From: Epithemia pelagica
Taxonomy: Eukaryota > Protista > Bacillariophyta
Direction of reading: 5' to 3'
NCBI GenBank assembly: GCA_946965045.2
Contig: OX337237.1
Coordinates: 3,286,001 to 3,350,000, forward strand
Length of the DNA stretch: 64,000 bases
Below, piece by piece: positions 38,501 to 51,670 of the stretch (positions within the stretch are counted from its first letter, which is position 1; every line of letters begins with the position of its first letter). Under the pieces are notes generated by a model. The model did no database searches. It saw only the letters and a list, made by a program, of their open reading frames with translations, and was not told the origin of the DNA. Made by a program: the position numbers and the translations under genes.

Positions 38501-40406
38501 CGGCTTCGTCCGGTTTCAAAGTGGTTTTGGATTTTCTCGGACGGGTCCCCAATTCTTCATCGTCCTCTTCTTCTTGTTGTTTGGTTTCTTCCCCCTTGGA
38601 TGTTTGTGCTTGCTCTTGTTGTGCTTGCTCCTGTGTTTGTTGTTGTTCTTGTTTGCGTTGTGCCGCCACGGGATCTTGCAAGTGGGGCGGCAACCATTGA
38701 TTGAAATTGAGAATGGGTCCATCCATGAGATCCAGTGTGTAGGATCGCAAGGCAATCCATTTGAGCTTGTACATGGTATTTGGATGTGGTGGTACTGGGA
38801 GTGCCGGTTGAGAGTTGTTGGCGTGAACGGGTGACGACGACGACGAAGAAACTTGGTTCGAATTGTTGTTCTTGTCGTTGTGCAACAAGGGATCTGCGGT
38901 ATCGGCACTCCACGAGGGATGGACCGTGGAGGAGGCATCCGGATTGGTCGGAGAAGACGTTGTTGTGGTGGCATAGTACGGGGGCAAGGTTTGGGGTGTC
39001 ACGGCGGATCCCAACGAAGGAGCATGGCTCGTAAGAGTTTGTGCCGTCGGACGAGAACGACGGCTCTCCTGTCGTTCCAATCCATCAAGAGAAAAGCGAT
39101 CCCACTGTTCATCGCTCGTCTGTGGATCATCGTCCATAAAATCGTCGTCGTCATCGTCCGACACTCCCGAGGCGGAGGCCCGTCGTCGTCGTCGAGTTTG
39201 TCGTCGTTCTTGTTGTTCGGGGTTGGAATGGCGTCGCGAGTGTTGGCGTCGTCGTCGACGACGTCGTCGGAGTGGTGACGGCGTGTCGTTCTTGTTCTTG
39301 TGGTTCTTCTTGTTGTTTTGAGTCGCTGTCGTGGTTGCCGCTTTTTGAAAGACGCCTTGGGTGAGTTCGTGCAAACACTTTTCGGCCATGGCGGCAAAGG
39401 ATTTGGCATACAATTGGACCAAGAGGGGATAGGCAATATTGTTGCTGTGGCTGTGATGGTTGTTACTCGAACTACTGCCCAAACATCGACCGAGTAAGCG
39501 AGTCAAGTCGCGCGTTTCGTCACTCGACAGAAACGCAAAACAGGATTGACCCAGCAAGGTGCGTGGGGGTGTCCACGGCCAGGATTCTTCCAAGGGTTGA
39601 CTGGACAGCAAGTGATGGGCATGACGCGTCCCTTGGACCACGACGCGCCATTGACCCCAGACAAACGAGGCAAAACAGGTTCCGAGGGGTCGATTCCACA
39701 ATGACGAAGCCGCCAGCCACTGAATTTCTTTTTGCGTCGGATCAAAGCGTTGGGCCATTTCCCCACCCAAATCTTGAAACAAGCGGGTATGACCATAGAC
39801 GGGCAAGGCGCCATGGCCCGTCAAGGCCCGCGGGGGACCCGGCAATTGACTTATCGTCAAGTCGCGCTTCGGCCAGGAAAACAATTGACGCAACCACAAG
39901 CCGCAAAAATACAAAATGGCAATGGCCACCAAGGCAATGCAACAAAAGACCTGCAATGCGTCGAGAGAAACGCGGTTGGTTGCAAGTTGCAAGAGAGAAA
40001 GCGAGATGGAGAGAGAGTTGTTTCGTGAGAGAGGAGAGGTTGGTTGGAAGAAGAGGGAAAGACAGAGAGAGAGAGAGAGAGAGAGAGCAAAAGAGAGAGA
40101 GAGAGAGAGAGAGACAGAGAGCAAGAGACCCGAACGAGAGATTGTCGAAAAGGACAAACGAGCAAGTAAGCAAGCAAGCAAACAAACAAACAATGCACAA
40201 CAAGAGACAGCAAAAAAAAAAACAACCCACGTGAGCAAAGGAACGGAACTTGTGGTGTGCAGTCGTCCTTGTCTCCACCGGATGGGTTCCAACCAGCACC
40301 ACGTACCATGATGCTGTGGATGACAATGACTTGGACCGAGATTCCTCTTTTTTGAAATGCCAGGTACGTTTGCTTGTGGGCGTTTGCCAGTCCCCAAACA
40401 ATCACC
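35556..40406 (-). CDS. Cytochrome P450-fold protein with very large disordered insertions and no recognisable heme-binding Cys motif; exons include ~40406-40307, 39950-36061, 35973-35556 (5' end uncertain)
   Basis: N-terminal TM anchor (VFCCIALVAIAILYF), LPGPP hinge, LPVYGHT, MKYLDALLYEAIRL (ExxR) and GVQIPKGT. Intron 35974-36060 (GTAAGT..CAG) is in phase. Confidence 0.75.
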
Positions 40407-40433
40407 GCTGTCAACCAACAACCAAGGAGAACG

Positions 40434-40760
40434 AGTGCTTCTCAACTGGAAACTGTTCGAGCCATATATAACTGTAACTCTACTACACAGTCGTCGTCGT
40501 AGTCGAGAGCATTCACAGAACAAGGAGACCCAAAGTGTCAAAGCAATGATATGATATATGATGAGAGAGAATGATGAAGGATGATGACGAGGAACGAGAG
40601 TGCTTCTCAACAGGATACTGTGCGAGCCAGGCTACTCTCCTACACACTCGTCGTCGTCTTTGTCGAAGGCCAGGGCATTCACAGAATAGAAGGGGAACCA
40701 AAAAGTGTCCAAGCAATGATTTAGGATAGGATAGGATAGGATGAGAATGATGATGATGAT
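40434..40760. repeat. ~165-bp tandem duplication (two diverged copies)
   Basis: GAGTGCTTCTCAAC..ACTCT.CTACACA.TCGTCGTCGT..GCATTCACAGAA..AAAGTGTC.AAGCAATGAT at ~40434 and ~40598. Confidence 0.75.
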
Positions 40761-41349
40761 GTGTTGCTTGTTCTGTGCTCCTTCCCGTTTTTGATTTGGG
40801 TTTCAAGTTTGGGAATGCCTGTGCCACAATGTCCCTTTCTCTTTTTTTGTAGACGAGGAGAGAGTGTGGCGGCTGGCGGCTTGCGCCAAATAAAAAAAGA
40901 GCGAGTGGCGAGCGTACCACACCCCCTACCAACAACTTGGGTTTGAAGTACAACGGAGCAGTCTTTGTGGTAGAGTCATAAGTGCGTAGCACAGAAACTA
41001 GTCGTGCGCGGTAACCCCCATTCTTTCACCCCCACTCGAGATGCCCCCAAACTACGTGCGGTGCAGTCGCATTTCGTTCCATCCATGCGACCATATGAGA
41101 GGAGGAGGAGCACCAGCCGCCGTGGTCCGTTGTCGTGATCGCCTGTCACAAAGAACAAAAGAAGAAGCAGAGGAGAGCAGAGACTTTAATGACACACTCT
41201 CTACTAGAGCGAATCACACAATCGTTCTCGCTCTCTGTCCCAAATCTCTCGGGTGTGGTCGGAGGAATCTCTGGGTGAGAGAGAAACCACAGCAGCCGCG
41301 GAGCAAAGGCCGAGAACAAGAGTCGTTATTGTCCTGGCTGTTTCTTGAT

Positions 41350-41725
41350 TTGCTTGTTTGTTTGTTTGTTTGTTTGTTTGTTTGGTTTGGTTGGCGAGTC
41401 CTACATCCAGGACCCGAAACACGAGTCGTCGACGTGCACACCACGGAGAACCATCTTGGAGGAGGAGTGGTTGCGCGTGCACGTACCGAGAGTACGGGCT
41501 GGAGTGGTTTGGTTTGGTTTGGTTTGGTTTGGTTTGGTTTGGTTTGGTTTGGTTTGGTAGAATGAAAACCAGGAGTGCCAGTTGCGTACCTCCGTATCAC
41601 CACGACGACGGCTCCGCCACAAGAACAATCGCCACCAAACATACCGAGAGTACGGATCCCCAGTTCCATCCACTCCACTCCATTCCAATTCTTGGATTCG
41701 AACAAACCAACCAACCAACCAACCA
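41350..41725. repeat. Microsatellite cluster: (TTTG)n, (GGTTT)n and (CAAC)n
   Basis: Runs visible at ~41355-41385, ~41505-41558 and ~41701-41726. Confidence 0.9.
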
Positions 41726-42294
41726 ACAGGCATTTGCTTCAACCTCACACACCACAACCAACCGTTTGGGAACGGGGAAACAAGCACAACAACAATGAGG
41801 CAACTCGAGACGAGTGGTGGTGGGTGTTTACAACGTCGACACTGTCAGTATGGTACCGCGTCGGTCCAGACACGGATGGGGGATTATTGGGTGGCTCGTC
41901 TTCGTGCGGCCGTCCTGCAAGAGAAGGGAACGCTTCGTCGTGTCCCGGCAATCAAAGACGCATGGAGGAAGGCAGAACGACAGGCATTTATCTGTGAAGG
42001 CAGACAGCACGCACATGGATCCATGTTGTATGACGACTCTCGGACCGAATGGCGGCAAGCATATGGCATGCTGTATCCAACATATAGAGAGACAATTGGT
42101 TCTGCGGTACAAACTCGCATGGTGGTGCCGCATGTTTGGGTGTGTCATGTTGTGTGGTGAAGGTCACAACCACAACCGCCCAACGACTGTCTGGATGATG
42201 TGGACCAATCCTCCGGCGGAGGACCTTGTGTGTGTGGTGGTGCCGACCAAACACAAGTGACAACCATATACCCAATACAATGGATGATTCCTAC

Positions 42295-43215
42295 TACGAA
42301 AACAGGAAACGGTCGGGTGTTTGGTGTTGTTGTTGTTGTCCATGGTTCGACATGGGCCCCCGAAGTACAATCCATGGACTAGTACCGATACCTGCCGAGG
42401 AACACACAGAACTTGTGTGTGTGTGTGCGTGTTGTGGTTTGCTCTTGTTGTGGACGTGCTGTGACAATGATGACACGGCACGGCCGCAAGGACAAAGCGG
42501 CAAACTCGGTCGCCGGAACCTGCTCCGGCACGTTTGGGAGTGCGAGGAACCAGGAACTTGAGTGTGTGTGTGTGTGTGTGTGTTGTGTTTTGCTGGTGGA
42601 CCTGTGTTGATGATGATGATAATGAAATGGCGCGGCACCAAACAAGAAAACAAAGCTGGCCATCGAAAGAGTCGGTCCGAACCTATGGTACGTTTGGGTA
42701 TGTGGTGTGTGTGAGCCACAGCGAACCATGTTGTGTGGTACACGGTGGACCTGCCGCACGAAATTGATGACTGGGTGCTGTGTGGAACACTCCACTGGTG
42801 GTTGGTGGACTGGTGTGGTGACCGTCGTGCTGAAAAGAACGATGGAGATGCATGGAATCTGTCCAAAAAAAAGTGGCAGCAAAACCATGTGCTACTAGCA
42901 CGAGGAAAACAGGAAACGGTCGGGTGTTTGGTGTTGTTTCGAGATAGGCCTACCGACATGGAGAGGAACACAGAACACTTGTGTGTGTATGTATGCGCTT
43001 GGGTTGAGAACGATGCTGCGTGGTACACGATGGGCGTACCACAAGAAACAACGACTGCGTGTGGACCAGGACCTTGTGTGGTGGCGGTGGAGGACTGGTT
43101 GCTCTCGTGCTGGAAGGACGAATGGTGGATGTGGGATGGAATCCTCCTTCCAAACGAAAGTGACAATCAAACCATTTGCTATTATGACTACTCCGAACAC
43201 AGGAAACGGTCTGGT
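42295..43215. repeat. Dispersed ~600-bp-period duplication with (GT)n tracts
   Basis: AAAACAGGAAACGGTCGGGTGTTTGGTGTTGT at ~42299 and ~42907 (partial copy at ~43198); GAGGAAC..AGAAC(A)CTTGTGTGTGT at ~42397, ~42544 and ~42962. Confidence 0.65.
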
Positions 43216-44303
43216 GCTAGGTGGTGCCCAAGTTTGTTGTTGTTTGGATTGACTCCAAGTCGACTACCTACCTACCTGCCTGCCTGCCTCCACCACAGGA
43301 AAGCGAAATACTCCTCATTGTGTTTTGCTTGCTTGTGCACCTGGAGGAAACGCGCCAATAGCAGGGACCATCCAAAGTCGGACGGACTGAAAAAGAAAGG
43401 TACGGTGAAGCGGTGCTCTTTCTAGGTAGTCCATGCTTCCAGGGTGACATAATAGTAGGCCTACAGAATTTTTTTCGCGAAACGAATTGAGGCGGCCGGC
43501 GGCCGGACCAAGTGAGTAAACCATGATCAAACAACAAACACAGGACAAATTGCTCGTCTGTTCGATGTAGAGAGATAGGTGGCACGATCACCTCCTGCTT
43601 TCCCCTTCCGATTTCTTGATGGCTTCCCGAACAACGTCAATGATAATATTATTATTATGATTCGTTTCTCCGAACCAAGCTAGTCTAGCTAGTAGAGTAC
43701 TACTCCTAGCAATATGGGGGCTATCCGGGTGGATTTTTTTGAACGCCGATGTCTCTAGGTTCATCGTTCACTTCGCGTTCATACTCTCCGACAACACGAC
43801 AACCTACAACCTTGTCTATCTTCTGTGATGACTCACCCGATTTAAAATGAGCCAATGTTCTTTGCTAGAAGCTCAATGAGGACAGAGAATGATAGTTCAC
43901 ACTTTGGCTTTCCGTGCGACTCACTATTCACTTGATCCCAGATCCCAGTATGATGTTGTATAGATGGTTTCAAAGTGTCCTTGAAGAACAGCGACTGGAC
44001 GTATGCAATAGACAGCGTGTATGGAGTGTTCTCGGTTGATCATTGATGGACAATTCCCAAGGAAGGGAATGGTGGTTGGTGGTTGGTGGTTGGTGGTTGG
44101 TGGTTGGTGGTCCTCTGGCAACTGCGAGAAATGAAGAGCTCATAGAGGGCCCCTCTGAGTCCTGCGAACTGCGACCAGTAGAAGTTGGTAGGATTAGGAT
44201 TCTGCGAAGGTTCACGGTATCATACGCCCGACGCCCTACACAGAAAGGTACACTCTACAAGATATGCTATTCCTATGGATAATGGATATGGAATATGAAT
44301 CTG

Positions 44304-44386
44304 TCGCATAGACTATCGACTACCCTACCTCTGAGATCTGAACTTCGCATAGACTATGGACTACCCTACCTCTGAGATCTGAACTC
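44304..44386. repeat. 41-bp tandem duplication
   Basis: TCGCATAGACTAT(C/G)GACTACCCTACCTCTGAGATCTGAACT x2. Confidence 0.85.
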
Positions 44387-44614
44387 CTCCTAGGAGTACA
44401 AATCTCACAAATCCCCCATGTTGCCGCAGGTTCGTGTGACCCGAGCTCTCTGAGATCATCGGTTATCGGTGCTATTGAAATCTAAAATAATGCCTTGACT
44501 CTACCTTTACAAAACTCGATCTCCAATCTCCAATCTCCGATTCTCCATGGTCAACATTCCACCAACCATGTCTGTCGCCATTGTTTCTCATCGTGTACAG
44601 TGGATATCACAAGA

Positions 44615-46196
44615 TCAGGAGAAACTAGTAGATGGTCCAATAACATCCTCCTCTTCAAATTCCACCAGCGAAAACTCGAGGGACGCATCATCTTCATCAT
44701 CATCACCATCCCTATGTTGTCCGTTCATATAGGCTTGATGATCATGATAATGAGTCCGCCTGGAGCAATCTGATGAGGTGCCACGTTGTCCCGACCCAGG
44801 AGTTCCGTTGTCGCGGTTGACCACGGCATCGACCGACAAGGCGAACAAGGCCTCTCCTGCACAGCGATTACTTTCTGTGAGATCATCGAAAGAGACAGAG
44901 GACGTTTGGTGCCCTACGCCAGAAGAGGAGGATGGTACTATGGGAGATGGTGGTTGCTCGTTCTTCCGACTCACGGTTCCGTCTCGATGTCTTCGTCGTG
45001 ACGTCTGCTGCGGCGGTTCCTGCCATTGAAGCCGATCCTGCCCCCAGCCGGTCTCCATAGGATCCCGCTGGTGACGCATTCCTTCCGCCTCGTATCTTGG
45101 GAACGAAGAAGTCGTATAGTACGACGTGATCCTGTTGGAGTCGTATGCAGGAGTCCGTGGTTTCATCCTTTTAGAATTATCTTGTTTCAAGGAATCTTCA
45201 CGAAGTGACTGCTGTTCTGCTTTCCATGTTGGGGTGCCAGCTCCACTACGAGTGCCGGTTGAAAAGTCGTGATGCTGGTAGTCCTCCCTGGGGAAGTGCG
45301 CTACATTTCCGTTGTTCGTTGTTCGTGCCACGGGACAATAAGACTGCGATGATGGTTCTGGCTGTGTTTCAATTCGTTGCCTGTTGCAGTCCTCGTCAAC
45401 ATGATGACTTCTTACAGCTTCAGGATTCTGACCGGGTTCATAAGTACTCAGATCTTGATCGTCGGCAAGTCGTCTTTTGTGCCGCATTGCCTGGTTGATG
45501 AGGACCAAGACAAAGAAGAGAACATGAACAAGAAACAAGATGCAAGAAGGAAAACGTCAATATTGAAGAAGTAGAAGCGCATAAACATTGGACGCAGATG
45601 GACGGGTTATCTGTACGAACCTGAGACACTTTCACCCGGGCTTTTCGATCACATAGTTCGACAAGTCGGAGTTCGGTGCAATTGTAACTACTGGTATCTT
45701 CTTTCATGAATCGACCACCACGTTGTTTTACAGAATTCACAATGAAGGTCGTGATGGCTACTTTCTCTTTGTTGCTTGTCGCCTTTTGGTAAGCAGGCAG
45801 ATACTCGGTAATGAGTAACGCGAGACGACGATTCCCCTCATGTAAGTACGCTCCCTTGCCTCGTCCAGCAAACACGTCCACCGGACTGAGCATGTCGTAA
45901 AGGCTTGACATTTTTCTGTTTTGTCGAGGAGGTTGTGGGTTGTGTTGAAAAGAAGAGCCAATGCTGCTTGGTGTCCTTACCACACAGTTCGACTCTTCGG
46001 TGGGCGACTGGAAATGCTGCAGCTGGCGTTGGAACTCACTCCTATCAGCATGCGGCCGTAAGCTCCTTCTTCTGATGCTTCTTTGCGGAGCATCAACAAC
46101 GCTCTCATCATTGTTTGAACGCCCTCTCTTCTTGGAACGCTGATGCCATGGGTGAGAATTTTCTTCCATGGTGGTGTTCTGTACTCGTTGTTTCAA
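44615..46196 (-). CDS. DUF6824-type (diatom-expanded, putative regulatory) protein; exons 46196-45621, 45490-44615
   Basis: DVFAGRGKGAYLHEGNRRL..YQKAT..K..I..IVNSVKQRGGRFMKE..ARVKVSQ|AMRH; intron 45491-45620 is GT-AG and in frame. Confidence 0.8.
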
Positions 46197-46957
46197 AATG
46201 ATTTTTGTTTGGTGGACGTTGGACGTAATAAAGCGAACACCACGTAGGGAAAATGGGAAAAGAACACATCTGGACTGTTCCTAATCAATACTCAATACTG
46301 TTCCTTTCTTCCTGCCGAATCACCATTTTTCGAGAATATTCCACGTTTTCATGTGTCACCAAGACAAAAGGATGATGAATAAAATGATTATCGTCGATCG
46401 TCTATCGTCTCTCTCTTTTATGTTTAACTGTTTTACTTCCGGGTAATGAGCTCCCATATCAGAAGGTTTATTGTAATGTACCATTTGAGTCCTTATTGCA
46501 TCTGTTTTCTGTACAACCCTGCACTGCCAGTTGCCAGCAGCAGTATGTCCGATTTCTGAGCTCAATTGAGTGAATAACAGCTAAACACTGCTTGTTAGTT
46601 GTTAGGTGCACGATTGCGTCGTGTGTCCTGCTGTCAGATTCCACATCCGCCTTGGTATTTCTTTCCCTAGGAAATCTAGAAAGCATCTACGATTTGTGTA
46701 ATTTTGTGCGGCCACGAGTTCAGCACGATCGACAGGACCATAACTCATTGTCACAACAGGATGCTGATGATCGTTTGGTGATGCCATAAACTCACACAAA
46801 ATCTCGTTGCGCACAAATGGAGTCGAAACCGCAGCGATTCAAAGGCCAAACGTTAGAGTAAACTTGAAAAAGAAAGACAGTGGATAAACCTAAAGCATCG
46901 TGCCATGGAATCTGTGAGAAGGCAGGAAAGCAGAACAACTGCCCTTGTATAAACACT

Positions 46958-49092
46958 ATGATGGAGCCTTCACGAGGAGGAGACAGGGGTGATCCATCCA
47001 ATCAAGAGGCGCAGGGCTGGTGCTTATATCGAGACTATGCTAAAGCGCCAGCTCCATCGAGCTCAGTCAACCGTCCAAGGTCTCGTGGTGGAGTAAGCAC
47101 GCACTTCCCTGCCGTGTTACATGCTATGTTAACGCTCGCTCAAGTGGACGGATACAGCGATATTTGCTCCTGGATTGAGCCTCATGGCCGAGCATTTGCG
47201 GTGCACGATCGAGATCGATTTGTCAGAGAAGTCTTGCCAAGGTACTTCCGGCAAACTCATTATGCAAGCTTTCAACGACAATTGAATCTTTATGGTTTTC
47301 AAAGATTCAGCATTGTTGGTAACTTGGACACTGCCTTCGGTAGTGAGATGCCTTCCAAACAGAGTGACGATAAAATAAATGAAGGCCCCGCTCCTGTTGC
47401 AGCGCTGTCCTCCTCTTTTGGTTCCAACAAGAGCACTGTGGTCGCAGGACCTCCTCCACCAGTGTATTACCATGCCATGTTTTTACGCACTCGACCCGAC
47501 TTGTGTTCAGATATCCAACGATCAACGGAGCGAGAACTTCGAATCAAGAAACGAACCCACATTGTGGCGACCCCCGACCCCAACTTCTCCTTGTTTGAAG
47601 ATTTGCCGGCTATTTCCGATTGTGATGTTGAAATGGCACGCAAGCGGGTGTCTTCTTTTGCCCCAACGGTCCCACCGAGTGCATCATCTGATGCCACCAC
47701 TGCAGGACAAGGACCGATAACTTCGACCGGCAATACTGCACACCTACCCGAAGATCCGTCCGATAATGCTTCCTTCGACAGCTTCAATGCTGGTATGCCA
47801 ACAGAGTTGTCTTCGAGGAAGCGAAAGTATCAAGAGAAATCAAAAATGGAGGACCAGAGTGCACCTTTTCTTTCTCATTTGTCAAAACCGCCTGCTACTG
47901 CAGCCACCATGTTCCCTGAGCAGCGATCCATCATGACCTCATCTGCGACCAGCTTCCCTTTCTCCGAAAAAGCTTCCTCTCTGGATGACTTGTCGTGGCT
48001 GGAACCTCGACCAATCGCTCCCTCTCTCTTTCCTTTACCTGCTGGCAGAGCCTTCAGTGCAGCTGCTGCTCCAGTTCAAGGTCCAAGAGCAGGCGGACAA
48101 CAACAACCATTTCTTTCCTCTATTACAAACACACATAGAGCAAGAGACTCTCACACGAATACACCTGGGGATTACTCGTTTCCATCACAGATGAATCTTC
48201 CACAAAGCACCGCGACTCAACACGAACCAGTCTCCTTGGATGAGCTCTTGTCTGTATTGCCTGCCGCGACGAATCGAACAAGAACACCAATGCCCAGCGA
48301 GACCTCCAGTGTACATGCACAATACGAGGCCGAAAGGCAAGCTTTTCCAGGACACACGAATAGTTCGTGGGAACGAGGAGGCTTCCCCGTTGCCAATCGT
48401 GACACTTTGTATGGGGCCGCTGCCGCGGCAGCATCGTCTCAACGCGCCCAAACAAGGGTAAGTCTGCTCTTCTCTCTCTGTTTGCACCTTTCTGCGCTAG
48501 ATTTTCACTCATGCATTTTTCATTGCAGGACACGAGCACTGCGGGGAACCCCAGTTTCTACAACCCTCTAGATGCGCAGCATCGCCTAAACCCTTTGACT
48601 CTCCAACAAGCTTCCAGCTTTTCGTTTCCGGGTAGCCAAACGACCGAAACGCGACTGACGGCTAATCCGGCCCTACCACCTACGCGCCGTCAAGAAGTCT
48701 CTCCGAGACTATTGCCCTATGGTCTTGGAAATATGCCGTTGTCACCACAATTGCCCCCGGTACCACCGCCCTCGGATGCCGCATTCTACTCTTCGACATG
48801 GAATACATCTCCAAGGGAGGGATCGTACCCAGCGTCTCAAAATCCAAGCGATATGATGAGCGAGCAAAAGGTCAGCACAGCAGGACCATCGCTTGATATG
48901 TTATCGCTCCATGCACATCCGGAACAACAATTACATCATGCACTTTCTGGGCCACAACAGTCCAGTCGGATTATGAGCGATCATACAGGACGGGTTGGAA
49001 TGGCAGGTACTACAGAAAAGCCATCTCCTCAAAACGAAAAGAAGAGGAGGCCAAGGGCGATTGTGAGAAGACCGACTTCTAGTCCGGCTTGA
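46958..49092 (+). CDS. Heat shock factor (HSF-type DNA-binding domain) protein 1; exons 46958-48457, 48529-49092
   Basis: THFPAVLHAML..ICSW..HGRAFAVHDRDRFVREVLPRYFRQTHYASFQRQLNLYGF..YYHAMFLR; intron GTAAGT..CAG. Confidence 0.9.
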
Positions 49093-49822
49093 CGAATCTG
49101 TTGCACGAAACGACCGGGTAACACTGGGCTCAAGACCATGGCATTCCACTCATTCTTGACATTTTTTCAACACGACCACCATTTTTTGTTCACACCTTCA
49201 TTTTCTCCATCACCAACCACTCGCTTTTGTACAAGAAACGCAGTCTATACTACGAATACATGCATTTTTGCTATGCTACGAATACAAGCATCCATGGTAG
49301 CTTTCGAGAGCGAGGACGATGGGCAGTTTTTCATTTGTTGCTGCCTCATCTATTTTTAGTGAGTACGTGCTGCTAAAAAGCATTCATTGTAAAACACTTG
49401 GTTTAGGATTTTTAGTAGTATCCCAAAGAGACCATGCCGTCAAGGGAGGGTCTAATCGAGAAAAAGATGTGGAGCTTCAATGTGCGTTGGTTTCATGATG
49501 TAAAACAAACAGAGGGAAAGACGATCCGAATCTGGGAGTGGTAGGAAATATGGATAATGCCTAATTCGGTGATCTTGGTAGTTGGTAAGTAGGATCGTGT
49601 CTTCGGGTAGTCCTCGTTCGTGACGAGGGCTTGCGGACAGTATTCGTGTCCTCTGGATAATCTGTATCAACAACAATATCCTCGAAAGGTTAGACTCGAA
49701 CATGGACTCGTTTACAGGGCCATAATATGGTTCGAATGGCTGTATCTCCGTCTTGGTGATTGCGAGAAACTTGGAGAGAACAAAGGCCGCAGGGTCTTGT
49801 CTAGTTCTTCAATGTACATACC

Positions 49823-51670
49823 TTAGCATGTTGGCGAAGATGGCAAATCTTTGAACGAAGAGAACTGTAATGCATTCTGTTGACGTTCATCGCTTTGGCT
49901 GGCTTGCATTGAAAAGTTGGGAGAGCTTTCATTCATCAATGTCATGAGGTTTCGAGACGCTTGATAGAAAGCTAGGGGATCGTTGGGTCGGGTAGTCGGA
50001 GCAGTCATGAAAGGATTGAGTCCCGAGGCCTGGGTCTGGAAACACGATCCAAGAGCGATTCGTAAGCATTCTCGCCATGTCGCAGGGAGTCGCCCTGAGT
50101 CGCACGTTGATTTGGTCTTGATTCTTACCTGCATGCGCGCACGCGCAGGAGAAACACCCGAGGGAGTGATTGGACGGAAATCCGAAGATTGCGCGCTGGG
50201 CCGAACAGGAGGAAGAGCATGGGATTGTTCCAAGGCTTGAAGGATCGATGTCGATGAGGGGAAACGACCCGAATCAAGTTAGGATTGCATGCCGATAGTC
50301 TCACCTGTATTTGGTGGATCGTTTGGGCGAGTATTGGGTTCCGTCATTCTGTCGTGATGAGAAGAAATGCCAGGAGATGGTCGGCTTGAAAAGACGGAAC
50401 GATCTCCTCCTTGTGAGATGAAGGCATCTGGGAAGGCTGCCTCAGGGAAGTGTTTGGATGATTCACGAAGCGAGGTATGAAGTGGGAGGAGTCCGGGTGC
50501 TATAGGACGAGGCTCCATCCAGGAGGGATCGAGCATAGCATCTTCTTGCTCTTCTTTTCCCTTTTTCTTCGATAATGGTTCTGTTCCAGAGGCCATGAAG
50601 GTACCATCGGTCAATGCCATACTTGCGAACCTGTTTTCTCCTCCTCGATGGAAATCAAGCAACCCTTCTTCGCTCTTTGCCTTCATTCGAGCAAGTGTTC
50701 TAGCGGTTTCGGCCGGAGCGGGAGCGGGAGGTGTTTCCATTTTTGCTGGCGCAGAACCAGTGCGCCTTTTCTCCTTCCAAATGGCCGACTCTAACTCACC
50801 GCTGACACCATGCGTGCTTGACCAGTAAAGGTTTTCTTCATCACGCCTTGGCATGCCTCGGAAAGGACTTTTTAAGCCACCAAGTTCTTCCGGAACATCA
50901 ACCGAAAACTTTCTCTTGCGCTCACGCGTTGTATCAAATTCGGTAGCAAGGTCTTGGCGGTACATTGAAGGAGTCGAATGAAAGGGAAGTGGCTCTGTCC
51001 ACAATGGGTCATCGTTGGGGTAACCTTTCTTGATACCACGGTTTGCTGAGTCATCTTCTTCATCGTTGGACGAGCCTTTGCTGCTGCCAGGTGGTGTTTC
51101 CATTTTCGCGGGGGCAGAGACTCTTCTTTGAGGAATCGTCACACCACTTGCTTGTTTGAGGTCTTCAGGTCTTGATTCAGGCATGGGTTTGAATTTCCTA
51201 AAGTCAGGGTCGGGGTTTGACGCAACTTTGGCTCGTCTGCGATCTCGAATTTCTTTTTCGGTGGCTCGTTGTATAGCTCGGCATAAGTCTTGGCGTGTTC
51301 GTAAGAACATGGCGTGGTAATATGCACCTGGACTGTTGTTCGGATTCTGTAGGGATGCACGATCAAAACCGTAGAGGTTCAATTGTCTCTGAAAGCTTGC
51401 GAAATGTGTTTGCCGGAAATAAAGAGGCAAGACTTCCCTTACAAATCGTTCTCGGTCATGAACAGAGAAGGCTCTCCCATGAGATTCCCACGAACATACG
51501 TTGCTGTAGCCATCCACCTCTGCCTTGGTCAGCATTGCATGCAATAAAACAGGAAAATGTGTGGTGATTCCTCCTCTATACTTTGGTTCGTCTGCATCAG
51601 GCGGTGCCGGTGTATCGGCATGATCCAAGAAAGAGGGCGAACGACTCTCATCGCCCTCAATCTTCTTCAT
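49823..51670 (-). CDS. HSF-type transcription factor 2; exons 51670-50305, 50235-49823
   Basis: THFPVLLHAML..VCSWESHGRAFSVHDRERFVREVLPLYFRQTHFASFQRQLNLYGF..YYHAMFLR; intron 50236-50304 is in phase. Confidence 0.9.

Noticed and set aside
41505-41558. (GGTTT)n as an interstitial telomere
   Set aside because: A 5-bp unit embedded among other microsatellites; it does not match TTAGGG-type repeats
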